From a virus: DNA of 62,602 nt. Position 1 is the first letter of the stretch. Each line of letters opens with the position of its first letter. The translations under genes and the position numbers were made by a program. Below, one piece after another: positions 24,440 through 33,311 of the stretch. The notes beneath the pieces were generated by a model, which saw only the letters and a list, made by a program, of their open reading frames with translations, was not told the origin of the DNA and searched no databases. Location: the IMG/VR virus record IMGVR_UViG_3300046460_000197, positions 1-62,602 of that record. The stretch is one strand, 5' to 3'.

Positions 24440-25825
24440 ATGCCTCAGCCTGTTGCTGTCCAGTCCCCGGAATGGTGGCGGGACCGTCTGTACGACGCGC
24501 TGTGCAAGCGGTCGGAGGGGACGAAGGTCTTCGACGACTACTACGAGTGCGAGCACCCGTTGCCGCATCTGCACGAGAAGGCGCGGGCCCCGTTTCGGCG
24601 GCTTCTGAAGATGTCGCGGGCCAACTACATGGAGCTCGTGGTCGATGCGTTGGTGGGTCGGCTGGAGGTTGCCGGCTTCCAGTCGGACGTCGACGGAGAT
24701 TCAGATCAGGCGGCCTGGGCGCTGTGGCAGGACAACAACCTGGACGGCGGCAGCTCGCTGGCGTTTCTCGAAGCGGCGATCCGCGGCAACGCCTACATGC
24801 TGGTGTCTCCGCCCTCTGGCGGCCGGGGCTTCCGCATTACTCCGGAGCATCCGACGCAGGTCATCACGGAGGGAAAGCCGGGGGAACCGGGCGAAATGGC
24901 CGCGGCACTGAAGCTGTGGCTGGACGACTGGACGGGCAAGCTCTGCTGCACCGTGTACCTCCCCGAGAGGATCTACAAGTTCGAGGCACCCGAACCCAAG
25001 TACGGGGAGAGGACGCAGAAGCCGCAGTGGGCGCGCCGCGAGGTGGCCGGCGAAGAGTGGGGCGGCAAGAACGTCCTGGGCGAGGTACCGTTCGGCGAGC
25101 TGGCGAACCGGCCGCGGATGCTGAAGCCAGGGGCCAGCGAGTTGCGCTCGGTGACGGGGATCCAGGACCGGATCAACAAGACGATCGCCGACCGGATGAT
25201 GACCCAGGAAGGCGCGGCGTTCCCGGCGAAGTGGGCGACGGGCTTGGAGATCCCGCTCGACGAGAACGGTCAGGAGATCGAGCCGTTCGACGTCGCGGTG
25301 AACAAGATCCTGATCGCGGAAGAGGCCGGCGCCAAGTTCGGCCAGTTCGCGGCCGCGGACCTGACCGGCTACCTGAAGGCCAAGGAGGCGGACGTCCACG
25401 ACATCGCCGCGATCACGTCGACACCGCCGCACTACCTGCTCGGCAGCATGGTGAATCTGTCGGCGGAGGCGCTGAAAGCAGCCGAGGCCGGCCTCATCCA
25501 CAAGATTTATCAGCGGCGCCGCTTCCTCGAGGAGGGCCTGGAGCGGACGATGCGGCTCGCCGGGTTCGCCTCGTCGCAGGCCCGCATCGTATGGAAGTCC
25601 CCGGAGTGGCGCACCGAGGGCGAACTCGTCGACGCCCTGGTCAAGATGGGCACGCTCGGCGTACCCCGCGAGGTGCTGTGGGAGCGCTGGGGTGCCACGC
25701 CGCAGGAGATCGAACGTTGGCGACAGCTGAACGAGGACAGCCTCGACCGGGCTCTGGCCGGCGACCTGGCCGCAGAGTACGGGCCGAAGCCGACCGAGGC
25801 GGCCGCCGAGCCTGTTGGGGAGTAG
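24440..25825 (+). CDS. Portal protein
   Basis: 461 aa; position and size fit. ...ITSTPPHYLLGSMVNLSAEALKAAEAGLIHK... is typical of SPP1-type portals. Confidence 0.85.
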   Translation: MPQPVAVQSPEWWRDRLYDALCKRSEGTKVFDDYYECEHPLPHLHEKARAPFRRLLKMSRANYMELVVDALVGRLEVAGFQSDVDGDSDQAAWALWQDNNLDGGSSLAFLEAAIRGNAYMLVSPPSGGRGFRITPEHPTQVITEGKPGEPGEMAAALKLWLDDWTGKLCCTVYLPERIYKFEAPEPKYGERTQKPQWARREVAGEEWGGKNVLGEVPFGELANRPRMLKPGASELRSVTGIQDRINKTIADRMMTQEGAAFPAKWATGLEIPLDENGQEIEPFDVAVNKILIAEEAGAKFGQFAAADLTGYLKAKEADVHDIAAITSTPPHYLLGSMVNLSAEALKAAEAGLIHKIYQRRRFLEEGLERTMRLAGFASSQARIVWKSPEWRTEGELVDALVKMGTLGVPREVLWERWGATPQEIERWRQLNEDSLDRALAGDLAAEYGPKPTEAAAEPVGE

Positions 25826-25828
25826 GCC

Positions 25829-26890
25829 ATGGCGCCGACTGCCCGACAGCTCGCGCTGCGTCACTACAAGCGGCAGGCGCGCGTAGCCCGCCTGACCGCA
25901 GAGCAGGTGCAGAGGCTCTGGCACCTGCTGGACCCATCCGATCTGACCGGGTCGTGGAAGGCCCAGATCGGCCCGCGGATGGTGCAGTCGGTGACGGCCG
26001 GACAGCTGGCCTCGGCCGCCCTGGCTGACGACTATGTCGACGCCGTTGTGGCCGCGGAAGGCGCGAATCCAGCGCGGGCCGGCCGTGTGCGGCCTTCGGC
26101 CTTCGCCGGCCTGGCGGCTGACGGCCGCGCGCTGGATTCGCTGCTGTACCTGTCGGTGATCACGACGAAGCAGGGCGTCGGTAGTGGTCTGGCCATGGAA
26201 GACGCCTTGATGCGGGGGCTGCGGCAAGCGCTGATGTTGTCGAGTTCGGAAGTCACGCAAGCCGGGCGGGGCGCCGTCGGCGCGTCAATGGCCGGCAAGC
26301 GCACCATTCAGGGCTACGTGAGAGTCGTGCAGCCCCCCGCATGCAGTCGTTGCGTCATCCTGGCGGGCAAGGAGTTCGGCTGGAATTCAGGGTTCCAGCG
26401 GCATCCGAAGTGCGACTGCGTCCACCTCCCGACCACACTGATCGCCCGCGGCCAGCACCGCGGCCGTGTCGGATCCGACAGCTTCACCCCGACCGCGCGG
26501 CCAGGAACAGGTGCCCCCGGTTTCATCGACCCGCAGGCCTACTTCAACAGGCTCTCGCGCGCCGAACAGGATCGCGTCTTTACTGCGGCCGGTGCGCAGG
26601 CCATCCGTGAAGGCGGCGATATGGGCCAGGTCGTCAACGCCCGGAGAGGGATGTACACCACGACGACCTACGGGCGCCGAGTGCAGGCCACGCGGGAAGG
26701 CGCCACGGCGCGCGGCTCGTTCTACCGGCAAGAGCGCGCCCGCGACATCGCCCGGGGTCGCGTACCGGCCGACATCGGCCGCTCCTACCGGCTCACCAGC
26801 CCCCGGCTCCTGCCTGAGCAGATCTTCGAGCTCGCCGAGAGCCGAGACGAAGCGATCGCCATGCTGCGCCGCTTCGGCTATCTGACCTGA
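25829..26890 (+). CDS. MuF-like minor capsid / head morphogenesis protein
   Basis: 353 aa, directly after the portal gene. The motif CSRCVILAGKEF...HPKCDCVH resembles the SPP1 gp7/MuF family. Confidence 0.7.
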   Translation: MAPTARQLALRHYKRQARVARLTAEQVQRLWHLLDPSDLTGSWKAQIGPRMVQSVTAGQLASAALADDYVDAVVAAEGANPARAGRVRPSAFAGLAADGRALDSLLYLSVITTKQGVGSGLAMEDALMRGLRQALMLSSSEVTQAGRGAVGASMAGKRTIQGYVRVVQPPACSRCVILAGKEFGWNSGFQRHPKCDCVHLPTTLIARGQHRGRVGSDSFTPTARPGTGAPGFIDPQAYFNRLSRAEQDRVFTAAGAQAIREGGDMGQVVNARRGMYTTTTYGRRVQATREGATARGSFYRQERARDIARGRVPADIGRSYRLTSPRLLPEQIFELAESRDEAIAMLRRFGYLT

Positions 26891-26932
26891 CCGCGCGCAA
26901 CGCGCGGCCTTATCCCGCAACGGGAGTACCGC

Positions 26933-27475
26933 ATGTCCGAGACAGCAATCGAGCCCACCACGCCCGAGGGCGGCCCGTCCGCGGAGCTGTCCAGTTCGGC
27001 GCCCTCCGCTGGCGACGCCCCCCTGGGCCCTGCGGGCGAGAAGGCGTTGGCGGAGTGGAAGCAGCGCGCCAAGGACGCCGAGAAGGCGAGCCGCACACAG
27101 GCCGCGCGCCTGCAGGAGATCGAGGATCGCGACAAGTCCGACGTTCAGAAGGCTGGCGAACGTGCCACGAAGGCCGAGCAGCGGGCCGCCGCAATGGTGG
27201 AACGCGCCGCTAAGGCCGAGGTGCGGGCCATCGCCGCATCTACCTTCGCAGACCCGTCAGACGCCGCCGCCTTTCTGAACATGAGCGATTTCGTCGACGA
27301 CGAGGGCGACATCGACAGCAAGGGCATCGAAAAGGCCCTCGCCGACCTGCTGAAGCGCAAGCCGCACCTCGGCAAGGAAGCGGCCCCACCCTCCTTCGAC
27401 GGTGGCGCGCGCACCACTGCAGCCAAGCCCACATCCATGAACGAGCTCATCCGCCAGCAGGCGGGCGCGAGCTGA
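26933..27475 (+). CDS. Scaffolding protein
   Basis: 180 aa, helical and charged (EKALAEWKQRAKDAEKASRTQAARLQEIEDRDK). Lies between the MuF-like and capsid genes. Confidence 0.7.
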   Translation: MSETAIEPTTPEGGPSAELSSSAPSAGDAPLGPAGEKALAEWKQRAKDAEKASRTQAARLQEIEDRDKSDVQKAGERATKAEQRAAAMVERAAKAEVRAIAASTFADPSDAAAFLNMSDFVDDEGDIDSKGIEKALADLLKRKPHLGKEAAPPSFDGGARTTAAKPTSMNELIRQQAGAS

Positions 27476-27529
27476 CATCGTCCGGCCCGGTGAACGGCCG
27501 GCCATTCCAAGGAAAGGCAGGCAGTAGCC

Positions 27530-28492
27530 GTGGCCTACAACAACCTGACGAGCCGCACCGATGCTGCGGCTCTCATTCCCGAAGAGGTCTCTAAGGAGAT
27601 GCTCGGCAAGGCCGTGGAGGACTCTGCGGCGCTCAAGATGTTCAAGCGGATCCCGGTGGCGCGCGGCCAGCTGCGCCTGCCGATCCTGTCCGCCCTGCCG
27701 GTCGCCTACTGGGTGAGCGGCGACACCGGCCTGAAGCAGACCACCGAGGTCAACTGGGCGAACAAGTTCCTGAACGTCGAGGAGATGGCGACGATCGTCC
27801 CGTTCCCCGACAACGTCCTCGCGGACACGGATGCGGACCTCTGGGACGAGGCGGAGCCGCTGGTGCGGGAGGCGTTCGGGCGCCTTCTGGACTCGACGAT
27901 CTTCTTCGGCACGAACGCGCCGAGCTCGTTCCCGACGAACATCCTGTCTGCGGCGACCGCTGCGGGGAACAGCGTCAACGAGGGCTCCACTGCGGCGCAG
28001 GGCGGCTTCTTCGGTGACGTCGACAAGGTGTACGAGAAGGTCGAGGCTGACGGCTTCGAGGTCAACGGCTTCGTCGCGGCGACGTCGGCGAAATCCAAGC
28101 TCCGCATGGCGCGGGACACGCAGGGCCGCAAGCTTGACGAACAGCGCGCCGGTGGCGACCTGAGGACCCTGGACGGCTACCCGGTCGAGTACGCCATGAA
28201 GGGTCTCTTCCCCCTCGCGGGCGGGGTCGGTGTCGACGGCGTGCGTCTCTTCGCCGGCGACTGGGACGAGTTCGTCATCGGCGTCCGTCAGGACATCAGC
28301 ATGAAGATCCTCGACCAGGCCGTCATCCAGGACAACACGGGCGCGATCATCTACAATCTGGCCCAACAGGACATGACGGCGGTCCGCCTGACCTTCCGTG
28401 TCGGCTGGCAGGTGAGCAACCGCATCAACAACGAGCAGCCCACCGAGGGCAGCCGTTACCCGGTCGGCGTTCTCAAGACCGTGGGCGCTTGA
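27530..28492 (+). CDS. Major capsid protein (HK97 fold family)
   Basis: 320 aa, GTG after AAGGAAAGG. ...LNVEEMATIVPFPDNVLADTDADLWDEAEPLVREAFGRLLDSTIFFG... Confidence 0.85.
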   Translation: MAYNNLTSRTDAAALIPEEVSKEMLGKAVEDSAALKMFKRIPVARGQLRLPILSALPVAYWVSGDTGLKQTTEVNWANKFLNVEEMATIVPFPDNVLADTDADLWDEAEPLVREAFGRLLDSTIFFGTNAPSSFPTNILSAATAAGNSVNEGSTAAQGGFFGDVDKVYEKVEADGFEVNGFVAATSAKSKLRMARDTQGRKLDEQRAGGDLRTLDGYPVEYAMKGLFPLAGGVGVDGVRLFAGDWDEFVIGVRQDISMKILDQAVIQDNTGAIIYNLAQQDMTAVRLTFRVGWQVSNRINNEQPTEGSRYPVGVLKTVGA

Positions 28493-28599
28493 GCAGCTAG
28501 AATGTTGCTAGGCGGAGGCTAGGGTAGCTCCCGAAAAGCGTTCCCTGAGCGCCTGCCCCCGCTTCATATTCTTCAGGGACTCGCCTTCAGGGAGCGAGC

Positions 28600-29007
28600 A
28601 TGAAAACCTGCAGAGACTGCGGGAAAGAATTGCCGTACTCGCAGTTCTACAAGAACCAAAACGTGCGCGACGGGCACTTGAATCAGTGCAAGAAGTGCAC
28701 TGTTGGTCGGTACGGGCCAGGCCGGTCGGCGAGGGCAAAGAGGGATCGTCTCTACTTCCAGCAGATCAAGCTGGAGCGTGGCTGTGCAGACTGCGGGTAC
28801 CGCGAGAACGCTGTCGCTCTCGATTTCGATCACCTACCGGGCGTGGACAAGAAGTATCGCGTGGCATGTATGGCGGGCGTCAGTCGGGAGTTGATAGACG
28901 CAGAGATCGCTAAATGCGAAGTTGTCTGCGCCAACTGTCACCGCATCAGGACAGCAAACCGCTTGATAGAGGCGGGCGAGGACTCCACGGAGAGCCTGCC
29001 CGTCTGA
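28600..29007 (+). CDS. Free-standing HNH homing-type endonuclease
   Basis: 135 aa. CRDCGK...CKKC; CADCGY...LDFDHLPG...CANCHRIRT. Visibly lower GC and A/T-rich third codon positions compared with its neighbours. Confidence 0.85.
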   Translation: MKTCRDCGKELPYSQFYKNQNVRDGHLNQCKKCTVGRYGPGRSARAKRDRLYFQQIKLERGCADCGYRENAVALDFDHLPGVDKKYRVACMAGVSRELIDAEIAKCEVVCANCHRIRTANRLIEAGEDSTESLPV

Positions 29008-29082
29008 CCAAATCATGCTTGAACGGCGTCCAGCGACTGGGCGCCGTTTGGCATGTCAGGGCTCTCATCACAGGAGACAGAC

Positions 29083-29490
29083 ATGGCTGACACCGCCCCC
29101 TACGTGCGGGTCCTCGAAGCCGACGTTCCCGCCGTGTCCACGGCCGGGAATGACGACGACAGCATCATCGGGCAGGCCCCGTTCGACTGCACCGTCACCG
29201 CCGTGCAGTACGTGCCCGAAGCCGCCATCACCGGCGCCAACACCAACACCCGTTCGGTCTCGCTCATCAACAAGGGCCAGACAGGGGCGGGCACGACCTC
29301 GGTCGCCACCCTGCAGTTCGACTCGGGCGTCAACGCCACGGCGGCCGACGAGAAGACCATCGCCCTGTCGGGCACTGCCGTGAACCTCGTCCTCGCGGCC
29401 GGGGACACCCTGCTGTGGCGGTCCCTGCACGTCGGCACCGGCATCACCGACCCGGGCGGCCTCGTCCGCGTCACCCTCTCCCGGAACTGA
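29083..29490 (+). CDS. Hypothetical head-region protein (135 aa)
   Basis: ATG 29083 after CAGGAGACAGAC. MADTAPYVRVLEADVPAVSTAGNDDDSIIGQAPFDCTV... Confidence 0.6.
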   Translation: MADTAPYVRVLEADVPAVSTAGNDDDSIIGQAPFDCTVTAVQYVPEAAITGANTNTRSVSLINKGQTGAGTTSVATLQFDSGVNATAADEKTIALSGTAVNLVLAAGDTLLWRSLHVGTGITDPGGLVRVTLSRN

Positions 29491-29501
29491 GGAGGCCAGT
29501 C

Positions 29502-29762
29502 ATGGCTGCAACACGATCCAGCAAGCCGGCCGGAGAGCCGGAGGACCAGCCTGCCCCCGAGGGAGACGAGGTCGCCAAGGCTGTCCAGCGGGCCACCGAC
29601 AAGGCGCAGGCGCAGGGCTACCTCGGCGTCGAGGTGGACCCGACTCCGAACGAGCACTACTCAGTGGCCGGTGTCGTGGACGGCAAGGCGACCCCGGAGA
29701 CCGACCCCGGTCACGCCCGCGAGGTGCGGCAGAAGCTCGACGACGACGCGCGCCAGCGCTGA
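29502..29762 (+). CDS. Hypothetical protein (86 aa)
   Basis: ATG 29502 after GAGGAGG. Confidence 0.55.
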   Translation: MAATRSSKPAGEPEDQPAPEGDEVAKAVQRATDKAQAQGYLGVEVDPTPNEHYSVAGVVDGKATPETDPGHAREVRQKLDDDARQR

Positions 29763-29777
29763 CGAGGGGAGGCTGCC

Positions 29778-30347
29778 GTGGCTCTTCCCCCGTTCGCTAC
29801 GGCGGCCGAGCTCGCCGCTTCGATGCAGGTATCGGTCGATGCGGCTGCGGCCGACCTGGCTCTGGCGTCGGCATCTGCGGTGATCCGCAGGTGGACTCGC
29901 CAGACCATCACCCGGGTCGTCGACGACGTGGCGACGCTGCGGATCATCGACTGCGGTGAACTGGTGCTGCCGCAGCGGCCCGTCGTCTCGGTGTCGCAGG
30001 TGAACGTCAACGCGCTGGTGCTGAACGACTGGGTGCTGTCGGGGGACCGGTTGCTGCGCACCGGCGGCTGGCGGCAACTGCCTGGCACCACGACGTATCC
30101 GGATCCCGGCCTGGTCCAGGTGACGTACACGCACGGCTGGGGCGAGGTCCCGGACGAGGTGCGGGCCGTCTGCCTGGATCTGGCGGCGTCGACGCTGACG
30201 AACCCGGCGATGCTCCGCCAGGAAACGATCGACGACTACAGCCGCACCTTCGCCTCGGAGACGCTGGGAGCAGGCAGTCTGTCGGCTGGCCACAAGGAAG
30301 TGCTCAGCGACTACCGACGTCGCATCGGCACCGTGGGCCTGCGATGA
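29778..30347 (+). CDS. Head-tail connector/adaptor protein
   Basis: 189 aa. FATAAELAASMQVSVDAAAADLALASASAVIRRWT..., typical of gp6-like adaptors; position fits. Confidence 0.65.
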   Translation: MALPPFATAAELAASMQVSVDAAAADLALASASAVIRRWTRQTITRVVDDVATLRIIDCGELVLPQRPVVSVSQVNVNALVLNDWVLSGDRLLRTGGWRQLPGTTTYPDPGLVQVTYTHGWGEVPDEVRAVCLDLAASTLTNPAMLRQETIDDYSRTFASETLGAGSLSAGHKEVLSDYRRRIGTVGLR

Positions 30348-30757
30348 GCAGCCTGGACACGCTGCTTGCAGCCGGCCGTAAAGCCGCCGAGAACCGCATG
30401 AGAGATTCGGTCCGCCTGTATTCGCAGGCCGCGGACACCTTCGACCGGGCGACAGGCAATACGGTCCCGGGTGCGCAGACAGATCTCTACTTGGGCAAGG
30501 CGCGAGTGAAGGCCATCGCCGCGTCCACGGGGGAGGAGGCCGAGGCGGCCGAGCGTGAAATCGTGCTGCGCGAGTATGAGGTGCAACTGCCATGGTCGAC
30601 GCCACTGCCGGACGGTAGCCGCCTCCTGCCAGGGATGCGTGTCGAGGTGACCTCGTCGCCAGACTCACGCATGGGCGGGCTCATTCTCTGGGTGACGGGT
30701 GCGGCGTTCTCGGATCAGTCGACAGCCTGGCGGATTAGAACGGAGGACCGGTCATGA
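30344..30757 (+). CDS. Head closure / head-tail joining protein
   Basis: 137 aa; ATGA overlaps on both sides; position in the head-tail cassette. Confidence 0.55.
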   Translation: MSSLDTLLAAGRKAAENRMRDSVRLYSQAADTFDRATGNTVPGAQTDLYLGKARVKAIAASTGEEAEAAEREIVLREYEVQLPWSTPLPDGSRLLPGMRVEVTSSPDSRMGGLILWVTGAAFSDQSTAWRIRTEDRS

Positions 30758-31155
30758 CCGCTGGACGATTCGACATGCGCGACGTTCGCCGCCTTGAGCG
30801 CCACCTGGCCCGAAGCATCCCCCGCATCAGGCGGGATGCCCGCGGGGTGGTGATGCGAGGCGCGGTGAACGTCAAAAAGGACTGGCGCAACAACGCCCGA
30901 GCCACGGGACGCAAGCACGCCAAGCTGTACCCGCGGTCGGTGGGTTTCGACATCGCCGGCTACGGCCCGGACATCTGGGCGGCGACGATCGGCCCGGACA
31001 AGGGCGGCCCTCAGGGCCCGCTCGGCAACCTGCTGGAGTATGGCTCGGTGCACAACCCGCCGCACAACGACGGCGGTAGAGCCTTGGCCGCCGAGCTGCC
31101 ACAGTTCACCGCGCAGATGGAGCTACTGGCCACGCGCGGACTGGCCTGGTGGTGA
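30754..31155 (+). CDS. HK97 gp10-like tail-component protein
   Basis: 133 aa. ...GNLLEYGSVHNPPHNDGGRAL..., characteristic of the gp10 family. Confidence 0.7.
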   Translation: MTAGRFDMRDVRRLERHLARSIPRIRRDARGVVMRGAVNVKKDWRNNARATGRKHAKLYPRSVGFDIAGYGPDIWAATIGPDKGGPQGPLGNLLEYGSVHNPPHNDGGRALAAELPQFTAQMELLATRGLAWW

Positions 31156-31159
31156 GCCG

Positions 31160-31579
31160 ATGCCATCGCTCACGCCACCCGATGTTCTGCCTCACGTCGA
31201 CGCCGTCCATGCGGCACTGGAGGCCGCCGGCCTGACCGTCTACCTCGGCGGCACCCCGGCCGCGTCCGGCTGGTCTCCGCCGGACAAGTTCGCCGTTCTG
31301 TACCCCGACCCGGGAATGGCGGTGCGCGAGTCACTCGCTGACGAGCGCACCGATTTCGACTCGACCATGCAGGTCACCTGTGTCGGGGGAGACCCGGAGC
31401 GAGCCCTATGGGTTGCCGGACGTGTCCGCATGGCCATGGCGCAGCCCCTGTCCGTGACGGGCCGCCGCTGCTGGCCGCCCGAGGATCTGGGCGGGCCGCC
31501 GCTGGCGCGGGACGACGACGTCACCCCGCCCCTGTGGTTCGTGCCAATCCAGTACCGCATCTGCTCAACTTCAGCCTGA
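31160..31579 (+). CDS. Tail terminator-like protein
   Basis: 139 aa. Called from its position between the gp10-like and major tail genes. Confidence 0.5.
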   Translation: MPSLTPPDVLPHVDAVHAALEAAGLTVYLGGTPAASGWSPPDKFAVLYPDPGMAVRESLADERTDFDSTMQVTCVGGDPERALWVAGRVRMAMAQPLSVTGRRCWPPEDLGGPPLARDDDVTPPLWFVPIQYRICSTSA

Positions 31580-31591
31580 CAGGAGACTCCC

Positions 31592-31924
31592 GTGGCGCTT
31601 CTCGCCCAGCAGGTCGTCGCACTGAGCGGCCTGACCCCGACGTACTCGGCTGCCGCCGCATCGACCACGGTGACGTGCGGCGACCGCAGCTTCCTGCACG
31701 TCAAGAACACCAACGGCAGCTCGATGACCGTCACGATCACGTCGACGGCCAAGACGCGCGGCCAGGCCGCAGCAGACCTGGTGGTGACGGTTCCTGCGAC
31801 CACCGGCGACAAGATGATCGGCCCGATCTTCGCCGACCTGTTCGCCTCGACCGCCGATGGCGTGAGCGCTTCGATCACCTACTCGTCGACGACGTCCGTC
31901 ACCGTCGCAAGCCTCGTCATCTGA
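31592..31924 (+). CDS. Hypothetical protein (110 aa)
   Basis: GTG start; Ser/Thr-rich beta-type composition. Confidence 0.5.
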   Translation: MALLAQQVVALSGLTPTYSAAAASTTVTCGDRSFLHVKNTNGSSMTVTITSTAKTRGQAAADLVVTVPATTGDKMIGPIFADLFASTADGVSASITYSSTTSVTVASLVI

Positions 31925-31983
31925 CGCACTCCGTCCTGCTCGCCCCGTCGTTCGGGGCTTTTTTCATGCCCTGAGGAGGGTCC

Positions 31984-32463
31984 ATGTCTGACCTGATCAA
32001 CGACGGAATGACCAAGGTGGTCTGGGCGTCGTCCATCGCCAACATCAACGCGCCGACCACGACCGAACTGAACGCGGGCAGCGACTACACGCCGCGTATC
32101 ACCCCGGACGGTCTCAAGCTCGACCCGTCGACAGCGGACGTCGACACGAGCTCACTCGCGAGCACGTTCGACACCAAGACGGTGGGCCGTGTCGGGTACG
32201 ACGCCGAGGTCACGTTCAAGCGGGGTACGACCGGCGGCGAGGATCTCCCGTACACGACGCTGAAGTACGGCGTCTCCGGCTACCTCGTGGTCCGTCGCGG
32301 GATCGCCTACGCGACCGCGTGGGCGAGCTCCCAGAAGTGCGAGGTCTACCCGGTGGTCTGCGGCGAGCCGCAGAACAACAGCCCCGCCGCCAACGAGGTC
32401 ATGAAGTTCACCAGCTCCATGAAGGTCACGTCGGCGCCGGCCACCGCGGCGACGGTCGCCTGA
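31984..32463 (+). CDS. Major tail protein
   Basis: 159 aa, directly upstream of the chaperone pair and the tape measure gene. Confidence 0.7.
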   Translation: MSDLINDGMTKVVWASSIANINAPTTTELNAGSDYTPRITPDGLKLDPSTADVDTSSLASTFDTKTVGRVGYDAEVTFKRGTTGGEDLPYTTLKYGVSGYLVVRRGIAYATAWASSQKCEVYPVVCGEPQNNSPAANEVMKFTSSMKVTSAPATAATVA

Positions 32464-32981
32464 TGCCGAGCATCGAGGAGATCCTCAAGCAGGCGTCGCC
32501 CCGGCAACGCACCGTACCGGTGTGCATCCGAGGCGACCTGGCCAGCGAAGTGGAGCACCTCGCCGAGCAGATGTCGAGAGCGACCAAGGAGTGGGAGCCG
32601 ACGAGCATCGCCGACGAGCACCCGGGGCGCAGGATCGCCGCGGAACTGAAGGCTGCCCAGGAGGCGGTGAAAGCCGCCGAGGTGCCGTTCGTCCTTCAGT
32701 TCATCGGCGACCGCGCGTACAGCGATCTGCTGGCCGAGCACCCGTCGGACAACCCCAACGAACTGTTCGACGAGAGGACCTTCCCGAAAGCACTGATCGT
32801 CGCGTCCTGCGTCGACCCGAAGATGACGGCCGAGCAGGCAACGGAGCTCTTCGAGAAGATCAACCGCGGCGAGCAGAAGAAGTTGTTCGACGCCGCGTGG
32901 GAGGTCCATACCGCGACAGACGTTTCCCCTTTCTCGCTGGCCGCCTCCGCACTCCTGGCGGGCCTTGGCGGCGACAGCTAG
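32463..32981 (+). CDS. Tail assembly chaperone (G-like, short form)
   Basis: 172 aa, acidic. TGATG overlap with the major tail gene. A slippery site lies near its 3' end. Confidence 0.75.
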   Translation: MPSIEEILKQASPRQRTVPVCIRGDLASEVEHLAEQMSRATKEWEPTSIADEHPGRRIAAELKAAQEAVKAAEVPFVLQFIGDRAYSDLLAEHPSDNPNELFDERTFPKALIVASCVDPKMTAEQATELFEKINRGEQKKLFDAAWEVHTATDVSPFSLAASALLAGLGGDS

Positions 32982-33286
32982 AAGCCGCCCGGGCCTGGAG
33001 TGTTCCAAGGTCGGTGTTCATGGGGCGCGTCGTCCGGCCGGGCGAGCCGTTGTGGCTGCCGGAGGACAGAGCGTGGGCCCTCGCTCTGCTCGAGGTGGAG
33101 GCTGACGCCTGCCCGGAGTGTCGGCAGCCGTGGCACGAAGCAACTGACCCCAAGAACGAGTTCGGATACAGCGCCGAGGTGATCCGCTGCCACGCCTGCA
33201 CGACGTCATCGAAAGCCGTCAAGGCCAAGCAGGACAAGGGCGAGTCGGTCGAGGGTCTGCATGTCCGCCTCGATCTGCGCAACTAG
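32463..33286 (+). CDS. Tail assembly chaperone, -1 frameshift fusion (G-T-like long form)
   Basis: The -1 frame is open from the slippery heptamer to 33286 and encodes sensible sequence (...GRVVRPGEPLWLPEDRAWALALLEVEADACPECRQPWH...). It ends 25 nt before the tape measure start. Confidence 0.65.
32927..32933 (+). promoter_or_regulatory. -1 programmed ribosomal frameshift slippery heptamer C CCT TTC
   Basis: Fits X XXY YYZ in the zero frame of the chaperone gene (tcC CCT TTC). Confidence 0.6.
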
Positions 33287-33311
33287 CGCACGACCGCATG
33301 GGAGGTAAGCC

